From contig CAYOWP010000004.1 of NCBI GenBank assembly GCA_964407715.1, positions 1 through 64,000 on the forward strand: 64,000 nt of DNA, read 5' to 3'. This document shows positions 40,058 through 49,840 of the stretch, piece after piece. The stretch comes from an uncultured archaeon (GTDB lineage Archaea; EX4484-52; JAADEF01). How positions within the stretch are numbered: the stretch's first letter is position 1; the number at the start of each line of letters is the position of its first letter. The position numbers and the translations under genes are program-made. The notes beneath the pieces were generated by a model, which saw only the letters and a list, made by a program, of their open reading frames with translations, was not told where the DNA came from and did not search any database.

Positions 40058-40750
40058 CTAACACAACTTTTTAGATGTTATCTCGCCTGTTAACCATAAT
40101 TTGTTGAAAATGGTTAACGGGAAGAAATCGCTCTTCCAAAGCTTTGCGGCGGGATATCCTTTTTTGAAGGTTAGGTGCTTCACAACCGCTTTGAAATGTT
40201 AGCTGCTCTTATGTGTTTTCTTAGAGGGTTAGGTTTCCCGTTAACCAATTTTTTATTGAGAAGATTATGGTTAACGGGAAGAAATCGCTATCACAAAAGT
40301 TTTTTTGAGTGCGCTATCCTCTTTTAAAAGGTTATCTGCTTCCTAACCGGTTTATTAGGTTAGCTGCTCTTATGTGCTTCATTAAGGTGACATCTTCCCG
40401 TTAACCAATTTTTTATTGAGAAGATTATGGTTAACGGGAAGAAATCGCTATCACTAAGGCTTCGCAGCATGCTAACCTTTATCAAGGGTTAGCTGCTTCC
40501 AAACCGCTTTAAAAGGTTAGCTGCTCTTATGTGTTTTCTTAGAGGGTTAGGTTTCCCGTTAACCATATTTTTATTGAGAAGATTATGGTTAACGGGAAGA
40601 AATCGCTCTTCCAAAGCTTTGCAGCATGCTAACCTTTATCAAGGGTTATCTGCTTCCAAACCGCTCTGAAAGGTTAGCTGCTGTAATATGCTTCATTAAG
40701 ATGACCTTTACCCTTTAATCAACTTTAAAAAAGAAATGTCTTGATAACGC
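40058..40750 (+). repeat. Tandem array A4 of ~158-bp modular palindromic units (best conserved)
   Basis: GGTTAACGGG at 40112, 40269, 40429, 40587 (spacing 157/160/158); 40235-40294 identical to 40395-40454. Confidence 0.93.
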
Positions 40751-40820
40751 TAAAATTTGATAAACTTAAGATCAGCAAAATAGCATCACCTTTTTTAAAT
40801 GTCAAGAGGAGAGATATTTT

Positions 40821-41927
40821 ATGGTATCATCTATAGAGGAAAAAATAAAGGCATTGGAAGAGGAGATAAGAAAAACGCCAAAGAATAAGGCAACAGAGGT
40901 ACATTTAGCAAAATTAAAATCAAAACTTGCAGCATTAAAAGAGCTATTAGAAACAAGGAAAAAAGCACAAAAGAAGTCTGGAAAAATCACAACAATAAAA
41001 AAACAAGGTAATGCAACCATTGGGATAATAGGATTTCCTTCTGTTGGAAAGAGCAGTTTGTTAAATGCTCTTTCAAATGCTGAGTCAAAGATAGGAGATT
41101 ATGCCTTCACAACAGTAAATATTGTTCCAGGAATGATGTTTTATAAAGGTGCTTATATTCAACTATTTGATTTACCTGGAATAATAGAAAACGCGTCAAA
41201 AGGAATTGGGATGGGAAAAGAAATATTAAGTTATGCTCGAGCTTGTGATCTATTACTCATCATGATAGACCCAACAAAGGATATAGAGCACCAAATAAAA
41301 ACAATTCTTAATGAACTTCACAAAGCAGGTTTTCGAATAAATAAACCAAAACCAGATATAAAGATAGTGAAAAAAGATCGCGGTGGGCTGGATATATTTA
41401 TTGCTAATCACCTGAATATAAAAGAGGAAGATGTGAGAGAAATTTGTTATGAGTTTAATATTCATAATGCTGACATAGTAATCAAAGATGCCGAAACATT
41501 GGAGGATGTTTATGATGCGCTGTTCTCCAATAGAGTATATGTAAAGGCACTCATCATAATAAACAAAATTGATTTGTTGGAGAAGCGTACATTAGATGAT
41601 CTCAAGAATAAGCATCATGATTGGGTATTTATCTCTGCAAAAAATGGAGAGGGAATAGAGGAGTTAAAAGAAAGAATATTCAGAGAATTGAACTTGATAA
41701 GGATATACACAAAAAAACCCTTACAAAAACTTGAGGATGTTGATAAAGAGTTTCCATTAATCCTCAAAAGTCCATGTTATGTAAGAGATGTTGCAGAAAA
41801 GCTACATCTCTTAAAGATTTTCAAATATGCAAGAATATGTGGAAAATCAGTTAAGTTTGATGGTCAGAGAGTTGGTTTGGATCATAAACTTGAGGATGAA
41901 GATATCGTGGAGATATCAACTGAATGA
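40821..41927 (+). CDS. DRG/OBG-family GTPase with TGS domain
   Basis: KNKATEVH, GFPSVGKS, YAFTT, DLPGII, NKID, GQRVGLDHKLEDEDIV motifs. Confidence 0.93.
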   Translation: MVSSIEEKIKALEEEIRKTPKNKATEVHLAKLKSKLAALKELLETRKKAQKKSGKITTIKKQGNATIGIIGFPSVGKSSLLNALSNAESKIGDYAFTTVNIVPGMMFYKGAYIQLFDLPGIIENASKGIGMGKEILSYARACDLLLIMIDPTKDIEHQIKTILNELHKAGFRINKPKPDIKIVKKDRGGLDIFIANHLNIKEEDVREICYEFNIHNADIVIKDAETLEDVYDALFSNRVYVKALIIINKIDLLEKRTLDDLKNKHHDWVFISAKNGEGIEELKERIFRELNLIRIYTKKPLQKLEDVDKEFPLILKSPCYVRDVAEKLHLLKIFKYARICGKSVKFDGQRVGLDHKLEDEDIVEISTE

Positions 41928-42047
41928 AGAGATTTTAAATTTTACCACGTATGAACTGTATCTATTACTTCTCTTTATATTTTTGACACTTCTTAACTTT
42001 ATATTTCATAAATTGTCATGTGAAAGATGTAAAATGAGAAATATTTG

Positions 42048-42851
42048 TCAATGACAAAATCTTTTTAAGAAAGAAGATAAAAGAAAACCTATACCCGATA
42101 CCAAAACAATAGTTGCGCCAGATGGCAAATCGAACACATAAGAGAGATATAAGCCAATTAGAGTTAAAATCATACTTATAAATGTTGAAAAAATCATCAA
42201 TTTCTTTATGTTATAGGTAAATGCTCTGCTTATCGCTGCTGGAATCGTAAGTAATGCTATAACAAGAATAACTCCAACAATCCTTATCAAGACCACAACA
42301 CTCAAAGCAACTAAGCATAAAAGAAGAAAATATACCTTTTTTGTTGGAACTCCCACAACTTCTGAGAACTCCTCATCAAATGAGATTGCCAAAAATTCCT
42401 TGTAAAACAAAATCACCGTAAAAATTATTATCATGTTCAATATCAACATTATAATTAAATCAAAGGAGGTAACTGTAAGAATTGACCCAAATAAATAGCT
42501 AAAAAGATTAGGAGCATATCCTGGGCTTAAAGCAACAAAGATAATTCCTAATGCCATGCCAACTGTCCATGAAATTCCTATGGCTGTATCTTCACTGACC
42601 TTTGTTTTTTTACTGATAATACCAATGAAAAGTGCAGATAATATACTAAACGGGATAGCAGTAAGAATAGGATTCATTCCAAGCAAATATCCTAAACCAA
42701 TACCACCAAATGCCGCATGAGAAATCCCTCCACTAATAAAAACTATTCTTTTTATCACTACATACGTCCCTACAATTCCGCATGTTATGCTCACTAAAAT
42801 TGCCGCTATTAATGCATTTCTCATAAATTCATATTGAAGAATCTCTATCAT
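42048..42851 (-). CDS. znuB: Zn/Mn ABC transporter permease
   Basis: [32 protein letters not shown] motifs; start taken at MIEILQY. Confidence 0.88.
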   Translation of the reverse strand: MIEILQYEFMRNALIAAILVSITCGIVGTYVVIKRIVFISGGISHAAFGGIGLGYLLGMNPILTAIPFSILSALFIGIISKKTKVSEDTAIGISWTVGMALGIIFVALSPGYAPNLFSYLFGSILTVTSFDLIIMLILNMIIIFTVILFYKEFLAISFDEEFSEVVGVPTKKVYFLLLCLVALSVVVLIRIVGVILVIALLTIPAAISRAFTYNIKKLMIFSTFISMILTLIGLYLSYVFDLPSGATIVLVSGIGFLLSSFLKRFCH

Positions 42852-43602
42852 CTTTCTCATTCCTCCGCGATATTCTCTCAGGAAGCTCATAAGTTATTAG
42901 ATCTACTGAGTATTGATATGCCTCCTTAAGGTTTTTCAATACTGCTTCCTTTGAACCATAATAAAACAACCTGCGATTTAAACAGGCAATCTTTTCCACA
43001 TAAGTGGAGACCACGCTAATATCATGTGTTACAAGAACAATCGCCATTTTTTTCTTGAGTTTTGATAGCAATTTATAAAATGATTCCTGTATATTTGGAT
43101 CTATGCCTGTAGTTGGTTCATCAAGCAGAAGTAGTTTTGGCTCTCTTACAATAGCTCTTGCTACAAAAACCCTTTGTAACTGCCCACCAGATAGCTTGCC
43201 TATCTGTCTATTTTTGAATTCAAGCATATTCACAGCTTTAAGAGCATTAAGTGCTGCCTCTTTATCCTGTTTGGAATATGGTTTAAATGCTCCTTTATAC
43301 CTTCCCATTAAAACAACATCAAATACGCTCATCGGAAACTCTGGATCAAAAAAGGTGTATTGTGGAAGATAACCAATTAGTTTTCTACCTTCCTTTGGGT
43401 CTTTTCCAAAAACTTTAACTTCTCCTCTATTAGGCTTAATTAATCCAAGGATGACCTTTAGCAGCGTAGTTTTTCCACCACCATTTGGCCCTATAATAGC
43501 AAGGAAATCATTCTGCTTTATGGAAAAAGAGATATCTTCAAGAACAGGAATACTATCAAAATAAACATACACATTCTTTAAGCTAACAATCTCCTTTCCC
43601 AT
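42829..43602 (-). CDS. znuC: Zn/Mn ABC transporter ATP-binding protein
   Basis: [29 protein letters not shown] motifs; start taken at MGKEIV. Confidence 0.9.
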   Translation of the reverse strand: MGKEIVSLKNVYVYFDSIPVLEDISFSIKQNDFLAIIGPNGGGKTTLLKVILGLIKPNRGEVKVFGKDPKEGRKLIGYLPQYTFFDPEFPMSVFDVVLMGRYKGAFKPYSKQDKEAALNALKAVNMLEFKNRQIGKLSGGQLQRVFVARAIVREPKLLLLDEPTTGIDPNIQESFYKLLSKLKKKMAIVLVTHDISVVSTYVEKIACLNRRLFYYGSKEAVLKNLKEAYQYSVDLITYELPERISRRNEKDDRDSSI

Positions 43603-43603
43603 T

Positions 43604-44470
43604 CTAATCACTTGCAAATGCTTCAGCAACTTTACGCATGTTTTGTAGATAGTCCTTCTTCAAAGGATCTACCATAATAACTTTACCATTAATTTCCTCG
43701 GCTATCACTTGCGCGATTTTTGGATTAGATTGCGGTGACGCAAATATTAAAGTTATGTTATTTTCTTTTGCTTGTTTTATTAAGCTTGCAATTCCTTGAG
43801 GTGTTGGTTCTTTTCCTTCTTTTTCAATTGCTATCTGCTCTAATCCATAATCTCTCGCAAAGTATGTCCATGCTGGATGATATACTATGATCTTTTTATT
43901 CTTTTTCTTAGAAAGAATTCTAGCGATGTCTTTATCAAGTTCATCCAACTCCTCTAAATATTTTTCTTTATTTCGCGCATAGTATTCTTTGTTAGAAGGA
44001 TCCACCTCCACCAATCCTTGGAATATATTCTCAACCATTATCTTTGCATTTTTTGGAGAAAGCCAAATATGTGGATCATTATCTATAATCTCTATTCCTT
44101 TTGAACAATCCACAACAAGCATTTTTTTATTAACAGAAAGTATTTTATCCATCCATGACAATTCAAATTCAATTCCTGATCCAACTTTGGCATAGAGTTT
44201 TGCTTTGCTAACCTCTCTTAACTGAAAGGGTGTTGGCTCATAAGTATGTGGATTTGCATCTGGAGGAATCATTATAACAACTTTTACTCTATTCCCTCCT
44301 ATCTTCTCTACAAACTCTGCTTGTGGTGGTATAGTAACAACTACAACTATCTTATTATCAACATCTTTTGAGTGTGGAATAAGAAAAAGATATGCACTAA
44401 TCAAAATCCCAATAACCAATATTCCAAAAAACAATAATCTTTTTCTTTCCATCTTCTTTGTCTCCATCAT
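43604..44470 (-). CDS. znuA: Zn/Mn ABC transporter substrate-binding protein
   Basis: NPHTYEP, DPHIWLSP, YHPAW, EKEGKEP motifs. Confidence 0.9.
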   Translation of the reverse strand: MMETKKMERKRLLFFGILVIGILISAYLFLIPHSKDVDNKIVVVVTIPPQAEFVEKIGGNRVKVVIMIPPDANPHTYEPTPFQLREVSKAKLYAKVGSGIEFELSWMDKILSVNKKMLVVDCSKGIEIIDNDPHIWLSPKNAKIMVENIFQGLVEVDPSNKEYYARNKEKYLEELDELDKDIARILSKKKNKKIIVYHPAWTYFARDYGLEQIAIEKEGKEPTPQGIASLIKQAKENNITLIFASPQSNPKIAQVIAEEINGKVIMVDPLKKDYLQNMRKVAEAFASD

Positions 44471-44535
44471 AGATATATAATGGTTATTAGTTGTTAATTT
44501 TTAAAATTTTTTGTTGATTATATACTTAGTGAGGT

Positions 44536-45117
44536 ATGAATATGAATATTGATGAATTGAACAAAATGATAAAAAATTGTAGGAGATGTAGATTGTCAGA
44601 AACAAGAACAAATGCTGTTTGTGGAGAAGGAAATCTAAATGCTAAAATTATGTTGATTGCTCAAGCACCAGGAGAAAAGGAGGACAAAGCAGGAAGAATG
44701 TTTGTTGGTCCTTCTGGAAAAGTATTGGATGAATTACTAACGTTAGCAGGAATTAAAAGGCAAGAGATTTATATGACAAATCTAATTAAGTGTATGCTAC
44801 CAAATTATAGAAGGCCTAAGGAGGATGAAATTAAAACATGTAGTTATTATTTGGATGAAGAGATTAAATTAATAAATCCAAAGATATTAGTTCCATTAGG
44901 TTATTATGCTACCTGTTATATTTTTCAAAAATATAATATTTCTCTTCCTTTAACACAAAAATTTTCTTCAATTTATGGAAGAGTATTCTTAGCTGATAAC
45001 AAAAAGATATTTCCTCTTCCCCATCCAGCAACCATGCTCTATAATCCAAACTTTAAACAAGATTTAATAGAAAATTATAGAAAATTGCATATGGTACTTA
45101 AAGAGGTGGAAAAATGA
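44536..45117 (+). CDS. Uracil-DNA glycosylase, family 4-like
   Basis: CRRCRL, APG..ED..GRMFVGPSG, TNLIKC, HPA motifs; motif A reads AQAPG. Confidence 0.88.
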   Translation: MNMNIDELNKMIKNCRRCRLSETRTNAVCGEGNLNAKIMLIAQAPGEKEDKAGRMFVGPSGKVLDELLTLAGIKRQEIYMTNLIKCMLPNYRRPKEDEIKTCSYYLDEEIKLINPKILVPLGYYATCYIFQKYNISLPLTQKFSSIYGRVFLADNKKIFPLPHPATMLYNPNFKQDLIENYRKLHMVLKEVEK

Positions 45118-45806
45118 AGTTTATTATTGTTTATGATGACATTGTGTTTAGAAAAGATTTGCAAGCTGATTGGGGATTCTCAGCTCTTGTAGAAGTTGAA
45201 AAAAGAAAAATTCTCTTTGACACAGGTGCTAATCCGAAAATTTTGCTTTCAAATATGGAAAAATTTGGCATTAATCCGAAAGAGATTAACAAAGTGGTCA
45301 TCTCTCACATTCATCATGATCATATTGGAGGTTTAGAAGGTTTCTTAGAAAGGAACAATAATGTTACTGTTTTCATCCCAAGTTCCTTTCCTCAATCTAT
45401 CAAGGATATGATAATCCAGAAAGGCGCAAAATTTGTGGAGATTTCAGCACCAAGGGAAATCTCCAAGTTTATTTACACAACAGGAGAGCTTTATGCTTTT
45501 CCACCAGAGCAATCCTTGATTATTGATTCAAAAAAGGGACTGATAATTATTACAGGTTGCGCCCATCCAGGAATAGTAAATATTGTGAAGAGAGCTAAGG
45601 AATTAATGAAGAGAGATAAAGTATATTTGGTTTTAGGAGGTTTTCACCATCCTCCCATTTCATGTGTTAAGGAATTCAAAAAATTGGAGGTTGAAAAGGT
45701 TGCGCCATCTCATTGTACAGGTGATGCTGTCAGAGAAGCCTTTAGAAATGAATATAAAGATGGTTTTATTGAATATGGAGTTGGAAAAATAATTGAAGTT
45801 AAATAA
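45114..45806 (+). CDS. MBL-fold metallohydrolase (COG1237-like)
   Basis: WGFS, LFDTG, SHIHHDHIGG, TGCAHPG, GGFH, PSHCTG motifs. Confidence 0.9.
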   Translation: MKFIIVYDDIVFRKDLQADWGFSALVEVEKRKILFDTGANPKILLSNMEKFGINPKEINKVVISHIHHDHIGGLEGFLERNNNVTVFIPSSFPQSIKDMIIQKGAKFVEISAPREISKFIYTTGELYAFPPEQSLIIDSKKGLIIITGCAHPGIVNIVKRAKELMKRDKVYLVLGGFHHPPISCVKEFKKLEVEKVAPSHCTGDAVREAFRNEYKDGFIEYGVGKIIEVK

Positions 45807-45830
45807 TGATTGAAGTTAGGAGGTTATATT

Positions 45831-46133
45831 ATGGATTTGAAAACATTTCAGAAAGAGGTAGAGGAGTTGTTTAATAAAATCTCTAATAAAAGAAATAGAA
45901 AACATGAAGAGGAAGAGGTATTTATCCATTTGATTGAGGAAATTGGAGAGATAGCAAGGCAATTAACAAACAAAAAAATAAGAAAAGAAAAGTTTAATCA
46001 TAAAAATCTTGAAGAGGAAATCTCAGATGCAATTGTGTTTTTAACATACTTGGCATCTCTATATGAAATTAACCTATCAGATTCTCTAAGAAAAGATATA
46101 GAGAAATTAAAGAAAAAGTTTGGAATTTCGTAA
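45831..46133 (+). CDS. MazG-like nucleotide pyrophosphohydrolase
   Basis: LIEEIGEIA...EEEISD motif; AGGAGG RBS before ATG at 45831. Confidence 0.85.
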   Translation: MDLKTFQKEVEELFNKISNKRNRKHEEEEVFIHLIEEIGEIARQLTNKKIRKEKFNHKNLEEEISDAIVFLTYLASLYEINLSDSLRKDIEKLKKKFGIS

Positions 46134-46169
46134 AGACAACTAAACTTTAACAATTTCATCCTTGTGCTT

Positions 46170-46535
46170 CTATTCATCATACTTGCTTAGCAACTTAAAG
46201 TATTTCTCTATGATGGAATTCCAGAGTTTAATTAAGGGGGTGCTCTTATCATAATGGTTAAAATTTTTTCCGTAATACATTATTTCCTTGTTTTTGATTT
46301 TTCCATTTTCAAAAATTAATCTCTCCCAAATTATCAACCATCCTGTTCTTGTTATTTGCTCAATAGAATATGTTAACAATGCAGGATACTCAGGAAAATC
46401 AAATTTCAGTTTTAAATTTTGATCAAGATATGTTCTTACTTCATCATAAAGATTCCCTTCTCTCTTCTCGATCTCTTTGAGAGCCTTTAGATATTCCTCC
46501 TGAGTTTTTAATCCAAGAATGCTAAATTTTTTTAA
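46170..46535 (-). pseudogene. 5'-truncated gene remnant
   Basis: Frame open for ~121 codons (LKKFSILGLKTQEEYLKALKEIEKREG...) with protein-like composition but no ATG near its 5' end. Confidence 0.45.
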
Positions 46536-46584
46536 TTAGAAATCACATATTATAGATGTCATAGCAATATAAGGGAGGAAGAGA

Positions 46585-47556
46585 ATGAGAAAGATAGAGA
46601 TCATAGTAAATCATATCTCGAAATATATGCTGATTTACACATTACTGACAATTGCTTTTGGGACTTTTATTAGTTGTAATTATTCTCTAAGCTTTCTATC
46701 CAAGTATATAATGATTATTGTGTTCTTAATGATATACCCAATGATGGTTAATGTGTCTTTTGAAAGTCTTAAAAAAATCAAAACAGTTCACAAACCTGTT
46801 GTGATTGCACTATTTTTTAACTTCATTGTTGCGCCATTTCTATACTGGCTTTTATGCATCATATTTCATGTTCCCATGGATATAAAAATCGCATTGTTGT
46901 TATTGGCTGTAGCGCCTGCTTCAAGCATGGGATTAGGATATGTTGGTTTATCAAAGGGAAACATGGTCTCAGCAAGCATAATTGTAGCATTGGCTTTTAT
47001 TATGTCTTTATTTGTTTATCCTATAACAATCCACATATTGAATGCAGGAAATAATATAATTCCTTTTAGCCAGGTCATCAAAAACTTGATCTTTGTATTA
47101 GTATTGCCCATGATATTGGGTTTGACTACAAGAGAAGGAATAATAGAAAAGAAAGGTAAAGACTTCAAGAAGATAAAGCCATATTTCTCTCTTGCTACAT
47201 TAACTTTCCTTTATATATTAATTTTTGTAATCTTTGCACTTAAAGGAAAATTGATAATAGAACATTGGAGAAAGGTAATTTTAATAGCGCCTATTGCGAT
47301 ATGTTTTTATACGATAATGATAGGTGTAGCTATTATATTCAATAAATATTTAGCAGGATTAGGATACGAAGACCATCAAGCAATTGTATTTACCACAGTA
47401 AGCAAAAACATAGCATTAACAATTGGTTTGTTAGCAACAGTTTTTGGAAAAAATGCGCATGAACTTGCAATGTATCCAGCCATAATTTCAATCTTTCAGA
47501 TAATATTCTTAATGAGCTATCTGCATTTTAGTGAACATATAAGAAGATGGTGGTAG
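46585..47556 (+). CDS. ACR3/bile acid:sodium symporter family transporter (arsenite-efflux-like)
   Basis: FLMIYPMMV, NFIVAP, VAPASSM, SKN motifs; about ten TM helices. Confidence 0.8.
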   Translation: MRKIEIIVNHISKYMLIYTLLTIAFGTFISCNYSLSFLSKYIMIIVFLMIYPMMVNVSFESLKKIKTVHKPVVIALFFNFIVAPFLYWLLCIIFHVPMDIKIALLLLAVAPASSMGLGYVGLSKGNMVSASIIVALAFIMSLFVYPITIHILNAGNNIIPFSQVIKNLIFVLVLPMILGLTTREGIIEKKGKDFKKIKPYFSLATLTFLYILIFVIFALKGKLIIEHWRKVILIAPIAICFYTIMIGVAIIFNKYLAGLGYEDHQAIVFTTVSKNIALTIGLLATVFGKNAHELAMYPAIISIFQIIFLMSYLHFSEHIRRWW

Positions 47557-47730
47557 AAATAAAATGAAGTTTTAGTGTATGCATATCTTTTACTATCCAC
47601 AATTCTATGCACAATGATGCACTGAAATGACTATCATAATGAAAAAATATAATTGTTGTTCCCTCTAAAGTCGAACATCAAAAGATAAGAGATATCGCGG
47701 AAAGAGTTGAGGAGGTGTTAAGTAAATGAT

Positions 47731-47972
47731 AGCATTGTCCAATAATTCTCTATTAATAAAATTTTGTTAAGCGGAAACATAATCTATCAAAGAAGCGCAT
47801 TAGAGCAGCAAACATTATAGAGCTAATGCGATTGTAAGAGCAAATTTTCTCGTTAACAAATCCTTATTAAAAAATTATTGGACAATTTGTTAATAGGAGG
47901 CATAGCCATATTCAACGGGTTAACTGCTCTAATGCGCTTCTGCGAGAGGTTATGTTTCTGCTTTACAATGCC
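47731..47972 (+). mobile_element. MITE-like element B2 (242 bp) with 9-bp target-site duplication
   Basis: Ends AGCATTGT.../...ACAATGCC; flanked by GTAAATGAT at 47722-47730 and 47973-47981; internal AATTATTGGACAAT and an inverted partial copy at 47923-47972. Confidence 0.85.
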
Positions 47973-48029
47973 GTAAATGATGTTAATGAAGTTTAAATTT
48001 AAAAGTTTTTCTAAAAAGAATATTTCCTT

Positions 48030-49097
48030 ATGCAATCATATGAATGGTCAAAAGAGAAATATTATAGTTTTCTGTTGGATAATGAGTGTATAGGTTTTCA
48101 TGAACAAGGCATAAAGTTGAAATCAGGAAGATTGTCTCCATTTTATGCAAACCTTAGGATATTAACAGACACTACTGAAAAAGCAAAGGAGTTGGCATCT
48201 TATATCATTAATTTTTCAAAAGATAAAGGAATCATAGATGATCCTAATATCCTTTTTTATGGTGTTCCTGAGGGTGCAACAAAAGCAGGGTTTTTTGCAC
48301 AACTACAACTTATCCAAAACTATAAGATGGCTCAACCATATATCTTGAGTGATAATACCTCTTTTAAAAACCAACCACTTCTATATCCGCTTTCACACCT
48401 TGAAGCTATAGCATCTTTAATACTTGATAGATTAGAAAAGGAAAAGCTTGAGATTAAAGCAATTGATACGATTTATGGTGATCCAAAAACCATTTATCGA
48501 GAGGTGTCTTTGTTATTAGGAGCAAAATGCTATGAGAAATATAAGAAAGATTATTATCTCGTTTTAGGAAGGATAAAACCAAAAAGCCATGGCCTGGCTC
48601 GTGATAGATACTTCATAGGAAAACCAAAAGGAAATGTGCTTATATTAGCACATAATGAGCAAAGAGCTGAAGAATTGGAAAAACAAGTTAGAGAAATAGA
48701 AGATATTAAGCAAATATATAAAGTTGTTATTAATGCAGAGATGCATTATCATAAGCCATCAATACCTGCTTATAATATCATACTCATAGAGGATGTAACC
48801 ACAACAGGTGGTTCTGCAATTAAAGAAGTTAAGAACATGCTTTCCATGGGCTTCTCAGTTAAGGGGGTTATAGCGTTATTTAACAGGAATGAGATAAACG
48901 AGGAAGGCACAACAATAGAGGAAGAGCTTAATAAGTTGGGTGTTTCTTATTATGCCATGGCTAATGCACTTGATTTGCTTCCTGAGGCTGCTAAGAGAAA
49001 GAAGATAGATAAAGAGATGATAGAAAAAGTGATTTCATATTATAAAAAATATGGTGCTCATGATAAAGAAGGAATAAGAAAAATCCCAATTTTTTAG
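48030..49097 (+). CDS. pyrE: Orotate phosphoribosyltransferase (elongated)
   Basis: LKSGRLSPFY, YGVPEGA, R.KPKSHG, ILIEDVTTTGGS; adjacent to pyrF. Confidence 0.85.
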   Translation: MQSYEWSKEKYYSFLLDNECIGFHEQGIKLKSGRLSPFYANLRILTDTTEKAKELASYIINFSKDKGIIDDPNILFYGVPEGATKAGFFAQLQLIQNYKMAQPYILSDNTSFKNQPLLYPLSHLEAIASLILDRLEKEKLEIKAIDTIYGDPKTIYREVSLLLGAKCYEKYKKDYYLVLGRIKPKSHGLARDRYFIGKPKGNVLILAHNEQRAEELEKQVREIEDIKQIYKVVINAEMHYHKPSIPAYNIILIEDVTTTGGSAIKEVKNMLSMGFSVKGVIALFNRNEINEEGTTIEEELNKLGVSYYAMANALDLLPEAAKRKKIDKEMIEKVISYYKKYGAHDKEGIRKIPIF

Positions 49098-49111
49098 AGG
49101 AGGTAATACCC

Positions 49112-49840
49112 ATGGAAGATAGAAAAAGATTAATCGAGAAACCTCGAAGGATTATTGTTGCATGTGATGTCGAAACATTAAATGAGTATGAAGAAATAAT
49201 AAAGAAAACATATGATCACCCTGCCATTGGTGGGTATAAAATTGGCTCTTTATTGGCTATTACATATAGTCTTCCTCGTCTTGTTGAAATAACACGCAAA
49301 TATACTCAGAAACCCATAATCTATGATCATCAAAAAGCAGGCACAGATATACCTGACCTCGGTAAGAAATTCATGAAGACAGTCAAATATGCTGGTACTG
49401 ATGCCATAATAGTTTTCCCTCTTTCAGGATCTTTGGTATTAGAGAAATGGGTAAAAGCAGCATACGATGAAGGATTATATGTTTTGGTTGGTGGCTTAAT
49501 GACACATAAGCAGTTTTTGATAAGTGAAGGGGGGTATATAGGTGATAAAGAGGTATATGATATTTATAAAAGGGCTGCACAATTGGGAGTAAGGGATTTT
49601 GTTGTACCCGGAACAAAACCTGAAGAAATAAGGAAGATAAAAGATATATTGATAGAATCTAACATAGAACCTATTTTTTATTCTCCTGGATTGATTACTC
49701 AAGGAGGAGAAATCACAGAAGCTGGAAAAGCAGCAGGTAAGGAATGGCATGCCATAATTGGTCGCGCAATTTATGCATCAAAAGATGTCCGCAAAACTCT
49801 TGATGAGCTATATAAAGCAATAAAGGAAAGCGAAAATTAA
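49112..49840 (+). CDS. pyrF: Orotidine-5'-phosphate decarboxylase
   Basis: [29 protein letters not shown]...QGG, IIGRAIY motifs. Confidence 0.92.
   Translation: MEDRKRLIEKPRRIIVACDVETLNEYEEIIKKTYDHPAIGGYKIGSLLAITYSLPRLVEITRKYTQKPIIYDHQKAGTDIPDLGKKFMKTVKYAGTDAIIVFPLSGSLVLEKWVKAAYDEGLYVLVGGLMTHKQFLISEGGYIGDKEVYDIYKRAAQLGVRDFVVPGTKPEEIRKIKDILIESNIEPIFYSPGLITQGGEITEAGKAAGKEWHAIIGRAIYASKDVRKTLDELYKAIKESEN

Noticed and set aside
40058-40750. CRISPR or guide-RNA (TIGR-like) array interpretation of the tandem repeats
   Set aside because: The period is ~158 bp, the segments between conserved hairpins are homologous to each other rather than unique spacers, and no cas or effector gene is adjacent
5469-40789. 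TAGCATCAC just right of both + strand arrays as a conserved array terminus
   Set aside because: Only 9 bp, at different distances from the last hairpin, and not seen at the matching ends of the two - strand arrays
47853-48035. 60-aa ORF on the - strand
   Set aside because: Lies largely within MITE B2; likely spurious
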